Positions 13,175 through 27,263 of a DNA stretch of 64,000 nt are shown here, piece by piece (position 1 is the stretch's first letter; each line of letters starts with the position of its first letter). Where the stretch lies: the NCBI GenBank assembly GCA_977017645.1, contig OZ360227.1:131316001-131380000 (forward strand). Reading direction: 5' to 3'. The stretch comes from Torpedo marmorata (taxonomy: Eukaryota). The notes under the pieces are model-generated. The model did not search any database, was not told the DNA's origin, and worked only from the letters and a program-made list of their open reading frames with translations. A program made the translations under genes and the position numbers.

Positions 13175-13198
13175 CTGTTGTGGATGGTGATGCAGTTT
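13175..13198 (-). CDS. Microexon B, unit 6 (ETASPSTT)
   Basis: Consensus exon B, splice sites intact. Confidence 0.65.
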
Positions 13199-14626
13199 CT
13201 GTGAAAGAGAATAATATTAAAGTTAAAATGGAACTATCAGATGCAGAATTTTGCATGTCGTTCAGATTGCAACAAAGGCATGTCATTCTCAGATAATGGG
13301 GCTGTTTTGGTTATTTGTCTCAGATCTTCAAAACCCAACTTAGAGAAAGGTTGTTATCGACTGCAATTGACGGTGAGAGGCAGAACATTGTATTTCAATC
13401 ACGAGTGATTGAAACTTCATGTCAGCAAACATTCTTGTGAAGCAGGTGAACACATTATTCACCATACAGCACAATCAATGCTGTGAAGAGTATGTTTTCA
13501 GGTCATGATACCTGCATTGAAAATCAACTGATGGAAGTTTTAGAATTGCTGCTCACTGTGGCAATGGATTAGAAAACTGGTAGAACATATTCAATCATCT
13601 TTCACAGGATCCATTTGCATCTCACTGCAGCTCCGTTAAGAACCTGTCTGTAACCGTACAGATCCGTTCATTGCTCTTACATTTCCATCTGGCAGGATAG
13701 ATGTGCTGAGTTTAACCTTGGCTGCCGTAAATCAGTTTTACAAGATAAACATTGTCGAGGTGCTTACTTAAAAATTGACATTTAGGTACAAAGATTACCC
13801 AATAGAGATCTCATTTCCTTCAAATATGTGACCATTTAAGAGCATTTTACGTTCATATCTTTCTGCTCTTCAATGGATTTGCCTGTGCGAGTGCCTCTAT
13901 ATTGCTTCATAACATGGATAATCGCTGCTGAAACAACAGGCAACAAATGGATACCAACAAACATATGTTCATCAAACACAAATGAAAGGGGAATAATTAT
14001 TAAATAATTCATTCCTATTGGTTGTGATATTGCTTCTTAACTGTAGAAATTACATTTCCCAGGGAAGTGCTGAAGAGACAGACAGTTTTGACCCTTGGGA
14101 TATCATGAGCGTCACTTTGAGAAAATATGCACCAATGAAATTGAAAGTGAAATCTGGCATGTTCCCTCGTTTCCTCTCCTTTTCAATTGATGGATAATGT
14201 GTGATGGCAATTCCGACTACTTGCTGTACTTGAACATTGATGAACGGTGATTACTATCACTAATTTGCATCGAAATATTGAACTTAATCATGTTAGTTAG
14301 TGCTTTGAGATTACAGCACAATGTAGACTCATGTGGTTTTCAGCAAAAGAATATTCCCCATCTCTAGTAAAGTCAAAGCATTGAATATGATTGCAAAGAT
14401 CATTTTCCTGTGTGCATGGAACATTACAGATAAAATTCACCATTTGTAGTTTGAGGAATCCTAAGCAGGCAACTAAATTTCTTGTAATCTCAGTGCCTGT
14501 CTTGTAATTGTGAAATTACCAGAGAGGAATTTTTTAAAATACAAAGTTCAAGAAATACTTTTCTAATACCAAAAGGCCTTATCATTGCATAATGGAACAA
14601 TCACTGTGAAAATATACTGCTCTTAC

Positions 14627-14650
14627 CTGTTGGGCCTCCTGTAACTGCAC
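14627..14650 (-). CDS. Microexon A, unit 6 (GAVTGGPT)
   Basis: Consensus exon A, splice sites intact. Confidence 0.65.
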
Positions 14651-15544
14651 CTGTAAAAGAGATTATTGTACAATTTAGCTCAAACATCAAATGTTCAACA
14701 TAATCTAAATATGCAGATTGTATCTGATTATGGGCCACTTGTAATGCACTTCATTCTCATTAAGGTATTGGCTAAAAAATTCCTTTATATTTAGTTAATA
14801 GCACGCAGTGCCTGGGCTTTATCCCAATGACCATGCTGGTTATTTAAGTTTACTCTCCATCATCCTGCCAGCCCTTCTCATACCCAAGTAAATAATTATT
14901 CCCCATGTGGTACAATCAGTGGGTTGAACAGTTGATAATCAGCTCTTTTATTCTGTCATAAAAGCCAAATTATGTGAATGTAAGTTTCCAAGATACTGAA
15001 ATTAAGGCTCTACAAGTGATTAACTCTCCATTGCGCCTAAAGAAGCTAATCACTGCTGTTGGAAAGATGTTCTGATTCATGTTGAGGATGTCAAAAATCT
15101 CTGTCACTCAGTATCACTGTAACATTCCTTCTTTGGAATATGTATCCAAGTTCAAGCAAGTAGCTATCAAGTTCACCTATCCCTTCATACATTCTAGAAT
15201 TGGGTGATGTTCCTCAACAAGGTTTTTTGCATTTTGCCTGCCACATGTCAACTTCATACAACAGTTATACGTTCCCAAGCCCTCCTTAACTGTTGTGGAC
15301 AAGTAGTTGGTGAGAGAATAAGGTCAGTTTTACTATTTAACGGCAACAGAAAAGTAAATGCAATTTTGGACAGTTTTGTTCATTTTCCTAAACGTTTTAA
15401 AGATTTGTCAAGTGTGTTTTCGCAGAGTGACCCTGAAATTGAAAGAAGATTAGTATTGATATTTCAACTGAAAATTAAGAGTATTCAATTTACTGCCCAT
15501 TATTAACTGGAACAAGAAATTAAATTCAAGAATGAGCGCAAACA

Positions 15545-17113
15545 TTTCATTGTTAAATGTAGATTATAAAATAATGGCAAAAATTTTAGCAAATAGATTA
15601 GCTAAATATTTACCAAATCTAATACATTCAGATCAAGCTGGATTTATTAAGAATAGATATTCGAAAGATAATATAGCTAGATTGATAAGTTTGATTAATG
15701 TATATAAGAAGAAACAAGATTTACCATTGGTGGTAACATTGGATGCAGAGAAGGCTTTTGATAGAGTAGCGTGGAAATTTTTATTTAAAGTTTTGGAAAA
15801 ATTTGGATTTGGAGATAATTTTATAAATTGGATTAAAACTATATATAAAGAACCTATGGCCAAAGTAGTTACAAATTGACAAGTATCACAAAAATTTTTG
15901 TTATCAAGATCAACAAGACAGGGATGTCCTCTGTCACCTGCTTTGTTTGTTTTGGTAATAGAACCTTTAGCTGAAATGATTAGAGAAGTTATAAATATAA
16001 TGGGAATAAAAGTTGGTAGGGAAGAACATAAGATTAGCTTATTTGCAGATGATGTATTAATATATATGACGAAATCTGTTGCATCACTTCAACGATTGGC
16101 TATAATATTGACAGAATATGGTGAGATATCTGATATAAAATTAATTCAGATAAAAGTGAGATTTTGGCTTTATCTCAAGGGGATTATACTAGATGTAAAG
16201 AAGTTACAGACTTTAAATGGACTAAAGAAAGTATTAAATATTTGGGAGTTAAAGTGGATACAAAATTGGAAAATCTGTATAAATTAAATTATATACCTTT
16301 ATTCATGAAAATAAAAAAAGATTTAGAACTTTGGAAAGACTTACCTATAACTTTGATGGGAAGAGTAAATTGTATCAAAATGATTGTTTTTCCAAGAATT
16401 CAATATCTTTTTCAATAGATTCCTTATGGTATTCCAAATAAATTTTTTAAGGATTTAAAATTTGTTGTTAGGAAATTTTTATGGAAAGGAATGTTGGCAA
16501 GAGTAAGTATAGATAAATTAACATGGAACAATGAGATGGGAGGGTTACAACTTCCCAATTTTCAGTATTATTATAAAGTAGCTCAATTAAAGTTTATTAA
16601 TGAATTTTTTGATTCGACTAAATCGTCTGCTTGGATTAATATAGAATTGAATAATATAGGAGAAATACATAAAGAAGAGATTATTTATAAATGGAATTCT
16701 AAATTGTTGTCAGTTAAAAAGAAAAACACACCAATTATTAAACATTTGTTGGAAATTTGGTCACAGGTAGATAAAGAAATAGGTCGAAAAGGATCAATTT
16801 CTTTAAATACATCAATATACCAAAATCCGCTTATACCATTTTCTATGGATAATCAGTTACTCAAGTTATGGTTTCAAAAGGGAATTAAGACTTTAAAAGA
16901 TTGTTTTGAAGCTGGTAGATTTATTACTTTTCAAAGGTTAAAAGAAAAATTTAATATATTAGATAATACAATGTTAGTTTATTTTCAAGTTAAAGCTTTT
17001 TTGACTGAGAAATTAGGGAATGAATTAGTAGCACCAAGACAAAATGAATTGGAATTGTTAATTACTAAAGTTAATATTAATAGGTTTATATCACAAATGT
17101 ATAAACTGTTTCA
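15545..17113 (+). mobile_element. L1-clade LINE internal fragment (ORF2 RT region), truncated at both ends, 17-bp TSD
   Basis: RT motifs ISLLNVDYKI, LDAEKAFD, RQGCPLSP, LFADD, KYLG, with stops and a frameshift. Flanked by aagaatgagcgcaaaca at 15528-15544 and 17114-17130. Collinear with about 44887-46462 of the inner L1. Confidence 0.96.
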
Positions 17114-17258
17114 AAGAATGAGCGCAAACAATCTTTATGTGTGTGAATTGAGCAATATGAACAAAGTTCCACACTTTTTGTCCAAAGAATTCATGATATT
17201 AAATAAGTTCCGTCTATTCCCTCCAGAGCAATCAGAACAGTCATATATGTCGTCATAC

Positions 17259-17282
17259 CTGTTGTGGATGGTGATGCAGTTT
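17259..17282 (-). CDS. Microexon B, unit 7 (ETASPSTT)
   Basis: Consensus exon B, splice sites intact. Confidence 0.65.
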
Positions 17283-18708
17283 CTGTGAAAGAGAATAATA
17301 TTAAAGTTAAAATGGAACTATCAGATGCAGAATTTTGCATGTCGTTCAATTGCAACAAAGGCATGTCATTCTCAGATAGTGGGGCTGTTTTGGTTATATG
17401 TCTCAGATCTTCAAAACCCAACTTAGAGAGAGGATGTTATCGACTGCAATTGACGTTGAGAGGCAGAACATTGTATTTCAATCACGAGTGATTGAAACTT
17501 CATGTCAGCAAACATTCTTGTGAAGCAGGTGAACACATTATTCACCATACAGCACAATCAATGCTGTGAAGAGTATGTTTTCAGGTCATGATACCTGCAT
17601 TGAAAATCAACTGATGGAAGTTTTAGAATTGCTGCTCACTGTGGCAATGGATTAGAAAACTGGTAGAACATATTCAATCATCTTTCACAGGATCCATTTG
17701 CATCTCACTGCAGCTCCGTTAAGAACCTGTCTGTAACTGTACAGATCCGTTCATTGCTCTTACATTTCCATCTGGCAGGATAGATGTGCTGAGTTTAACC
17801 TTGGCTGCCGTAAATCAGTTTTACAAGATAAACATTGTCGAGGTGCTTACTTAAAAATTGACATTTAGGTCCAAAGATTACCCAATAGAGATCTCATTTC
17901 CTTCAAATATGTGACCATTTAAGAGCATTTTACGTTCATATCTTTCTGCTCTTCAATGGATTTGCCTGTGCAAGTGCCTCTATATTGCTTCATAACATGG
18001 ATAATCGCTGTTCAAACACCAGGCAACAAATGGATACCAAACATATGTTCATCAAACACAACTGAAAGGGGAATAATTATTAAATAATTCATTCCTATTG
18101 GTTGCGATATTGCTTCTTAACTGTAGAAATTACATTTCCCAGGGAAGTGCTGAAGAGACAGACAGTTTTGACCCTTGGGATATCATGAGCGTCACTTTGA
18201 GAAAATATGCACCAATGAAATTGAAAGTGAAATCTGGCATGTTCCCTCTTGTTTCCTCTCCTTTACAAATGATGGATAATGTGTGATGGCAATTCCGACT
18301 ACTTGCTGTACTTGAACATTGATGAACGGTGATTACTATCACTAATTTGCATCGAAATATTGAACTTAATCATGTTAGTTAGTGCTTTGAGATTACAGCA
18401 CAATGTAGACTCATGTGGTTTTCAGCAAAAGAATATTCCCCAACTCTAGTAAAGTCAAAGCATTGAATATGATGGCAAAGATCATTTTCCTGTGTGCATG
18501 GAACATTACAGATAAAATTCACCATTTGTAGTTTGAGGAATCCTAAGCAGGCAACTAAATTTCTTGTAATCTCAGTGCCTGTCTTGTAATTGTGAAATTA
18601 CCAGAGAGGAATTTTTTTAAATACAAAGTTCAAGAAATACTTTTCTAATAGCAAAAGGCCTTATCATTGCATAATGGAACAATCACTGTGAAAATATACT
18701 GCTCTTAC

Positions 18709-18732
18709 CTGTTGGGCCTCCTGTAACTGCAC
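18709..18732 (-). CDS. Microexon A, unit 7 (GAVTGGPT)
   Basis: Consensus exon A, splice sites intact. Confidence 0.65.
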
Positions 18733-19754
18733 CTGTAAAAGAGATTATTGTACAATTTAGCTCAAACATCAAATGTTCAACATAATCTAAATATGCAGAT
18801 TGTATCTGATTATGGGCCACTTGTAATGCACTTCATTCTCATTAAGGTATTGGCTAAAAAATTCCTTTATATTTAGTTAATAGCACGCAGTGCCTGGGCT
18901 TTATCTCAATGACCATGCTGGTTATTTAAGTTTACTCTCCATCATCCTGCCGGCCCTTCTCATACCCAAGTAAATAATTATTCCCCATGTGGCACAATCA
19001 GTGGGTTGAACAGTTGATAATCAGCTCTTTTATTCTGACATAAAAGCCAAATTATGTGAATGTAAGTTTCCAAGATACTGAAATTAAGGCTCTACAAGTG
19101 ATTAACTCTCCATTGTGCCTAAAGAAGGTAATCACTGCTGTTGGAAAGATGTTCTGATTCATGGTGAGGATGTCAAAAATCTCTGTCACTCAGTATCACT
19201 GTAACATTCCTTCTTTAGAATATGTATCCAAGTTCAAGCAAGTAGCTATCAAGTTCACCTATCCCTTCATACATTCTAGAATTGGGTGATGTTCCTCAAC
19301 AAGGTTTTTTGCATTTTGCCTGCCACATGTCAACTTCATACAACAGTTATACGTTTCCAAGCCCTCCTTAACTGTTGTGGACAAGAAGTTGGTGAGAGAA
19401 TAAGGTCAGTTTTACTATTTAATGGCAACAGAAAAGTAAATGCAATTTTGGACAGTTTTGTTCATTTTCCTAAACGTTTTAAAGATTTGTCAAGTGTGTT
19501 TTCGCAGAGTGACCCTGAAATTGAAAGAAGATTAGTATTGATATTTCAACTGAAAATTAAGAGTATTCAATTTACTGCCCATTATTAACTGGAACAAGAA
19601 ATTAAATTCAAGAATGAGCGCAAACAATCTTTATGTGTGTGAATTGAGCAATATGAACAAAGTTCCACACTTTTTGTCCAAAGAATTCATGATATTAAAT
19701 AAGTTCCGTCTATTCCCTCCAGAGCAATCAGAACAGTCATATATGTCGTCATAC

Positions 19755-19778
19755 CTGTTGTGGATGGTGATGTAGTTT
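19755..19778 (-). CDS. Microexon B, unit 8 (ETTSPSTT)
   Basis: cacag|AAACTACATCACCATCCACAACAG|gtatga. Confidence 0.65.
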
Positions 19779-21208
19779 CTGTGAAAGAGAATAATATTAA
19801 AGTTAAAATGGAACTATCAGATGCAAAATTTTGCATGTCGTTCAGATTGCAACAAAGGCATGTCATTCTCAGATAATGGGGCTGTTTTGGTTATGTGTCT
19901 CAGATCTTCAAAACCCAACTTAGAGAAAGGTTGTTATCGACTGCAATTGACGTTGAGAGGCAGAACATTGTATTTCAATCACGAGTGATTGAAACTTCAT
20001 GTCAGCAAACATTCTTGTGAAGCAGGTGAACACATTATTCACCATACAGCACAATCAATGCTGTGATGAGTATGTTTTCAGGTCATGATACCTGCATTGA
20101 AAATCAACTGATGGAAGTTTTAGAATTGCTGCTCACTGTGGCAATGGATTAGAAAACTGGTAGAACATATTCAATCATCTTTCACAGGATCCATTTGCAT
20201 CTCACTGCAGCTCCGTTAAGAACCTGTCTGTAACTATACAGATCCGTTCATTGCTCTTACATTTCCATCTGGCAGGATAGATGTGCTGAGTTTAACCTTG
20301 GCTGCCGTAAATCAGTTTTACAAGATAAACATTATCGAGGTGCTTACTTAAAAATTGACATTTAGGTACAAAGATTACCCAATAGAGATCTCATTTCCTT
20401 CAAATATGTGACCATTTAAGAGCATTTTACGTTCATATCTTTCTGCTCTTCAATGGATTTGCCTGTGCGAGTGCCTCTGTATTGCTTCATAACATGGATA
20501 ATCGCTGCTGAAACAACAGGCAACAAATGGATACCAACAAACATATGTTCATCAAACACAACTGAAAGGGGAATAATTATTAAATAATTCATTCCTATTG
20601 GTTGCGATATTGCTTCTTAACTGTAGAAATTACATTTCCCAGGGAAGTGCTGAAGAGACAGACAGTTTTGACCCTCGGGATATCATGAGCGTCACTTTGA
20701 GAAAATATGCACCAATGAAATTGAAAGTGAAATCTGGCATGTTCCCTCTTGTTTCCTCTCCTTTTCAATTGATGGATAATGTGTGATGGCAATTCCGACT
20801 ACTTGCTGTACTTGAACATTGATGAACGGTGATTACTATCACTAATTTGCATCGAAATATTGAACTTAATCATGTTAGTTAGTGCTTTGAGATTACAGCA
20901 CAATGTAGACTCATGTGGTTTTCAGCAAAAGAATATTCCCAATCTCTTGTAAAGTCAAAGCATTGAATATGATTGCAAAGATCATTTTCCTGTGTGCATG
21001 GAACATTACAGATAAAATTCACCATTTGTAGTTTGAGGAATCCTAAGCAGGCAACTAAATTTCTTGTAATCTCAGTGCCTGTCTTGTAATTGTGAAATTT
21101 CCAGAGAGGAATTTTTTAAAATACGAAGTTCAAGAAATACTTTTCTAATACCAAAAGGCCTTATCATTGCATAATGGAACAATCACTGTGAAAATATACT
21201 GCTCTTAC

Positions 21209-21232
21209 CTGTTGGGCCTCCTGTAACTGCAC
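21209..21232 (-). CDS. Microexon A, unit 8 (GAVTGGPT)
   Basis: Consensus exon A, splice sites intact. Confidence 0.65.
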
Positions 21233-22250
21233 CTGTAAAAGAGATTATTGTACAATTTAGCTCAAACATCAAATGTTCAACATAATCTAAATATGCAGAT
21301 TGTATCTGATTATGGGCCACTTGTAATGCACTTCATTCTCATTAAAGTATTGGCTAAAAAATTCCTTTATATTTAGTTAATAGCACACAGTGCCTGGGCT
21401 TTATCTCAATGACCATGCTGGTTATTTAAGTTTACTCTCCATCATCTTGCCGGCCCTTCTCATACCCAAGTAAATAATTATTCCCCATGTGGCACAATCA
21501 GTGGGTTGAACAGTTGATAATCAGCTCTTTTATTCTGACATAAAAGCCAAATTATGTGAATGTAAGTTTCCAAGATACTGAAATTAAGGCTCTACAAGTG
21601 ATTAACTCTCCATTGTGCCTAAAGAAGCTAATCACTGCTGTTGGAAAGATGTTCTGATTCATGGTGAGGATGTCAAAAATCTCTGTCACTCAGATATCAC
21701 TGTAACATTCCTTCTTTAGAATATGTATCCAAGTTCAAGCAAGTAGCTATCAAGTTCACCTATCCCTTCATACATTCTAGAATTGGGTGATGTTCCTCAA
21801 CAAGGTTTTTTGCATTTTGCCTGCCACATGTCTACTTCATACAACAGTTATACGTTCCCAAGCCCTCCTTAACTGTTGTGGACAAGTAGTTGGTGAGAGC
21901 ATAAGGACAGTTTTACTATTTAACGGCAACAGAAAAGTAAATGCAATTTTGGACAGTTTTGTTCATTTTCCTAAACGTTTAAAGATTTGTCAAGTTTGTT
22001 TTCGTAGCGTGACCCTGAAATTGAAAGAAGATTAGTATTGATATTTCAACTGGAAATTAAGAGTATTCAATTTACTGCCCATTATTAACTGGAACAAGAA
22101 CTTAAATTCAAGAATGAGCGCAAACAATCTTTATGTGTGTGAATTGAGCAATATGAACAAATTTCCACACTTTTTGTCCAAAGAATTCATTTAAGTAAGT
22201 TCCGTCTATTCCCTCCAGAGCAATCAGAACAGTCATATATGTCGTCATAC

Positions 22251-22274
22251 CTGTTGTGGATGGTGATGCAGTTT
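22251..22274 (-). CDS. Microexon B, unit 9 (ETASPSTT)
   Basis: Consensus exon B, splice sites intact. Confidence 0.65.
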
Positions 22275-23702
22275 CTGTGAAAGAGAATAATATTAAAGTT
22301 AAAATGGAACTATCAGGTGCAGAATTTTGCATGTCGTTCAGATTGCAACAAAGGCATGTCATTCTCACATAATGGGGCTGTTTTGGTTATGTGTCTCAGA
22401 TCTTCAAAACCCAACTTAGAGAAAGGTTGTTATCGACTGCAATTGACGGTGAGAGGCAGAACATTGTATTTCAATTACGAGTGATTGAAACTTCATGTCA
22501 GCAAACATTCTTGTGAAGCAGGTGAACACATTATTCACCATACAGCACAATCAATGCTGTGAAGAGTATGTTTTCAGGTCATGATACCTGCATTGAAAAT
22601 CAACTGATGGAAGTTTTAGAATTGCTGCTCACTGTGGCAATGGATTAGAAAACTGGTAGAACATATTCAATCATCTTTCACAGGATCCATTTGCATCTCA
22701 CTGCAGCTCCGTTAAGAACCTGTCTGTAACTGTACAGATCCGTTCATTGCTCTTACATTTCCATCTGGCAGGATAGATGTGCTGAGTTTAACCTTGGCTG
22801 CCGTAAATCAGTTTTACAAGATAAACATTATCGAGGTGCTTACTTAAAAATTGACATTTAGGTACAAAGATTACCCAATAGAGATCTCATTTCCTTCAAA
22901 TATGTGACCATTTAAGAGCATTTTACGTTCATATCTTTCTGCTCTTCAATGGATTTGCCTGTGCGAGTGCCTCTATATTGCTTCATAACATGGATAATCG
23001 CTGCTGAAACAACAGGCAACAAATGGATACCAACAAACATATGTTCATCAAACACAACTGAAAGGGGAATAATTATTAAATAATTCATTCCTATTGGTTG
23101 CGATATTGCTTCTTAACTGTAGAAATTACATTTCCCAGGGAAGTGCTGAAGAGACAGACAGTTTTGACCCTCGGGAAATCATGAGCGTCACTTTGAGAAA
23201 ATATGCACCAATGAAATTGAAAGTGAAATCTGGCATGTTCCCTCTTGTTTCCTCTCCTTTTCAATTGATGGATAATGTGTGATGGCAATTCCGACTACTT
23301 GCTGTACTTGAACATTGATGAACGGATTACTATCACTAATTTGCATCGAAATATTGAACTTAATCATGTTAGTTAGTGCTTTGAGATTACAGCACAATGT
23401 AGACTCATGTGGTTTTCAGCAAAAGAATATTCCCCATCTCTTGTAAAGTCAAAGCATTGAATATGATTGCAAAGATCATTTTCCTGTGTGCATGGAACAT
23501 TACAGATAAAATTCACCATTTGTAGTTTGAGGAATCCTAAGCAGGCAACTAAATTTCTTGTAATCTCAGTGCCTGTCTTGTAATTGTGAAATTTCCAGAG
23601 AGGAATTTTTTAAAATACGAAGTTCAAGAAATACTTTTCTAATACCAAAAGGCCTTATCATTGCATAATGGAACAATCACTGTGAAAATATACTGCTCTT
23701 AC

Positions 23703-23726
23703 CTGTTGGGCCTCCTGTAACTGCAC
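23703..23726 (-). CDS. Microexon A, unit 9 (GAVTGGPT)
   Basis: Consensus exon A, splice sites intact. Confidence 0.65.
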
Positions 23727-24744
23727 CTGTAAAAGAGATTATTGTACAATTTAGCTCAAACATCAAATGTTCAACATAATCTAAATATGCAGATTGTATC
23801 TGATTATGGGCCACTTGTAATGCACTTCATTCTCATTAAAGTATTGGCTAAAAAATTCCTTTATATTTAGTTAATAGCACGCAGTGCCTGGGCTTTATCT
23901 CAATGACCATGCTGGTTATTTAAGTTTACTCTCCATCATCTTGCCGGCCATTCTCATACTCAAGTAAATAATTATTCCCCATGTGGCACAATCAGTGGGT
24001 TGAACAGTTGATAATCAGCTCTTTTATTCTGACATAAAAGCCAAATTATGTGAATGTAAGTTTCCAAGATACTGAAATTAAGGCTCTACAAGTGATTAAC
24101 TCTCCATTGTGCCTAAAGAAGCTCATCACTGCTGTTGGAAAGATGTTCTGATTCATGGTGAGGATGTCAAAAATCTCTGTCACTCAGATATCACTGTAAC
24201 ATTCCTTCTTTAGAATATGTATCCAAGTTCAAGCAAGTAGCTATCAAGTTCACCTATCCCTTCATACATTCTAGAATTGGGTGATGTTCCTCAACAAGGT
24301 TTTTTGCATTTTGCCTGCCACATGTCTACTTCATACAACAGTTATACGTTCCCAAGCCCTCCTTAACTGTTGTGGACAAGTAGTTGGTGAGAGCATAAGG
24401 ACAGTTTTACTATTTAACGGCAACAGAAAAGTAAATGCAATTTTGGACAGTTTTGTTCATTTTCCTAAACGTTTAAAGATTTGTCAAGTTTGTTTTCGTA
24501 GCGTGACCCTGAAATTGAAAGAAGATTAGTATTGATATTTCAACTGGAAATTAAGAGTATTCAATTTACTGCCCATTATTAACTGGAACAAGAACTTAAA
24601 TTCAAGAATGAGCGCAAACAATCTTTATGTGTGTGAATTGAGCAATATGAACAAATTTCCACACTTTTTGTCCAAAGAATTCATTTAAGTAAGTTCCGTC
24701 TATTCCCTCCAGAGCAATCAGAACAGTCATATATGTCGTCATAC

Positions 24745-24768
24745 CTGTTGTGGATGGTGATGCAGTTT
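24745..24768 (-). CDS. Microexon B, unit 10 (ETASPSTT)
   Basis: Consensus exon B, splice sites intact. Confidence 0.65.
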
Positions 24769-26198
24769 CTGTGAAAGAGAATAATATTAAAGTTAAAATG
24801 GAACTATCAGATGCAGAATTTTGCATGTCGTTCAGATTGCAACAAAGGCATGTCATTCTCAGATAGTGGGGCTGTTTTTGTTATGTGTCTCAGATCTTCA
24901 AAACCCAACTTAGAGAAAGGTTGTTATCGACTGCAATTGACGGTGAGAGGCAGAACATTGCATTTCAATCACGAGTGATTGAAACTTCATGTCAGCAAAC
25001 ATTCTTGTGAAGCAGGTGAACACATTATTCACCATACAGCACAATCAATGCTGTGAAGAGTATGTTTTCAGGTCATGATACCTGCATTGAAAATCAACTG
25101 ATGGAAGTTTTAGAATTGCTGCTCACTGTGGCAATGGATTAGAAAACTGGTAGAACATATTCAATCATCTTTCACAGGATCCATTTGCATCTCACTGCAG
25201 CTCCGTTAAGAACCTGTCTGTAACCGTACAGATCCGTTCATTGCTCTTACATTTCCATCTGGCAGGATAGATGTACTGAGTTTAAGCTTGGCTGCCGTAA
25301 ATCAGTTTTACAAGATAAACATTGTCGAGTTGCTTACTTAAAAATTGACATTTAGGTACAAAGATTACCCAATAGAGATCTCAATTCCTTTAAAAATGTG
25401 ACTATTTAAGAGCATTTTATGTTCATATCTTTCTGCTCTTCAATGGATTTGCCTGTGCGAGTGCCTCTATATTGCTTCATAACATGGATAATCGCTGCTG
25501 AAACAACAGGCAACAAATGGATACCAACAAACATATGTTCATCATAAACAACTGAAAGGGGAATAATTATTAAATAATTCATTCCTATTGGTTGCGATAT
25601 TGCTTCTTAACTGTAGAAATTACATTTCCCAGGGAAGTGCTGAAGAGACAGACAGTTTTGACCCTTGGGATATCATGAGCGTCACTTTGAGAAAATATGC
25701 ACCAATGAAATTGAAAGTGAAATCTGGCATGTTCCCTCTTGTTTCCTCTCCATTTCAATTGATGGATAATGTGTCATGGCAATTCCGACTACTTGCTGTA
25801 CTTGAACATTGATGAACGGTGATTACTATCACTAATTTGCATCGAAATATTGAACTTAATCATGTTAGTTAGTGCTTTGAGATTACAGCACAATGTAGAC
25901 TCATGTGGTTTTCAGCAAAAGAATATTCCCCATCTCTAGTAAAGTCAAAGCATTGAATATGATTGCAAAGATCATTTTCCTGTGTGCATGGAACATTACA
26001 GATAAAATTCACCATTTGTAGTTTGAGGAATCCTCAGCAGGCAACTAAATTTCTTGTAATCTCAGTGCCTGTCTTGTAATTGTGAAATTACCAGAGAGGA
26101 ATTTTTTAAAATACAAAGTTCAAGAAATACTTTTCTAATACCAAAAGGCCTTATCATTGCATAATGGAACAATCACTGTGAAAATATACTGCTCTTAC

Positions 26199-26222
26199 CT
26201 GTTGGGCCTCCTGTAACTGCAC
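26199..26222 (-). CDS. Microexon A, unit 10 (GAVTGGPT)
   Basis: Consensus exon A, splice sites intact. Confidence 0.65.
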
Positions 26223-27239
26223 CTGTAAAAGAGATTATTGTACAATTTAGCTCAAACATCAAATGTTCAACATAATCTAAATATGCAGATTGTATCTGAT
26301 TATGGGCCACTTGTAATGCACTTCATTCTCATTAAGGTATTGGCTAAAAAATTCCTTTATATTTAGTTAATAGCACACAGTGCCTGGGCTTTATCCCAAT
26401 GACCATGCTGGTTATTTAAGTTTACTCTCCATCATCCTGCCGGCCCTTCTCATACCCAAGTAAATAATTATTCCCCATGTGGCACAATCAGTGGGTTGAA
26501 CAGTTGATAATCTGCTCATTTATTCTGACATAAAAGACAAATTATGTGAATGTAAGTTTCCAAGATACTGAAATTAAGGCTCTACAAGTGATTAACTCTC
26601 CATTGTGCCTAAAGAAGCTCATCACTGCTGTTGGAAAGATGTTCTGATTCATGGTGAGGATGTCAAAAATCTCTGTCACTCAGTATCACTGTAACATTCC
26701 TTCTTTAGAATATGTATCCAAGTTCAAGCAAGTAGCTATCAAGTTCACCTATCCCTTCATACATTCTAGAATTGGGTGATGTTCCTCAACAAGGTTTTTT
26801 GCATTTTGCCTGCCACATGTCCACTTCATACAACAGTTATACGTTCCCAGGCCCTCCTTAACTGTTGTGGACAAGTAGTTGGTGAGAGCATAAGGACAGT
26901 TTTACTATTTAACGGCAACAGAAAAGTAAATGCAATTTTGGACAGTTTTGTTCATTTTCCTAAACGTTTAAAGATTTGTCAAGTTTGTTTTCGTAGCGTG
27001 ACCCTGAAATTGAAAGAAGATTAGTATTGATATTTCAACTGGAAATTAAGAGTATTCAATTTACTGCCCATTATTAACTGGAACAAGAACTTAAATTCAA
27101 GAATGAGCGCAAACAATCTTTATGTGTGTGAATTGAGCAATATGAACAAATTTCCACACTTTTTGTCCAAAGAATTCATTTAAGTAAGTTCCGTCTATTC
27201 CCTCCAGAGCAATCAGAACAGTCATATATGTCGTCATAC

Positions 27240-27263
27240 CTGTTGTGGATGGTGATGCAGTTT
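27240..27263 (-). CDS. Microexon B, unit 11 (ETASPSTT)
   Basis: Consensus exon B, splice sites intact. Confidence 0.65.

Noticed and set aside
16491-17288. 265-aa ORF fusing L1 ORF2 to repeat sequence (also 35549-36346)
   Set aside because: Chance read-through across the insertion junction in a disabled fragment.
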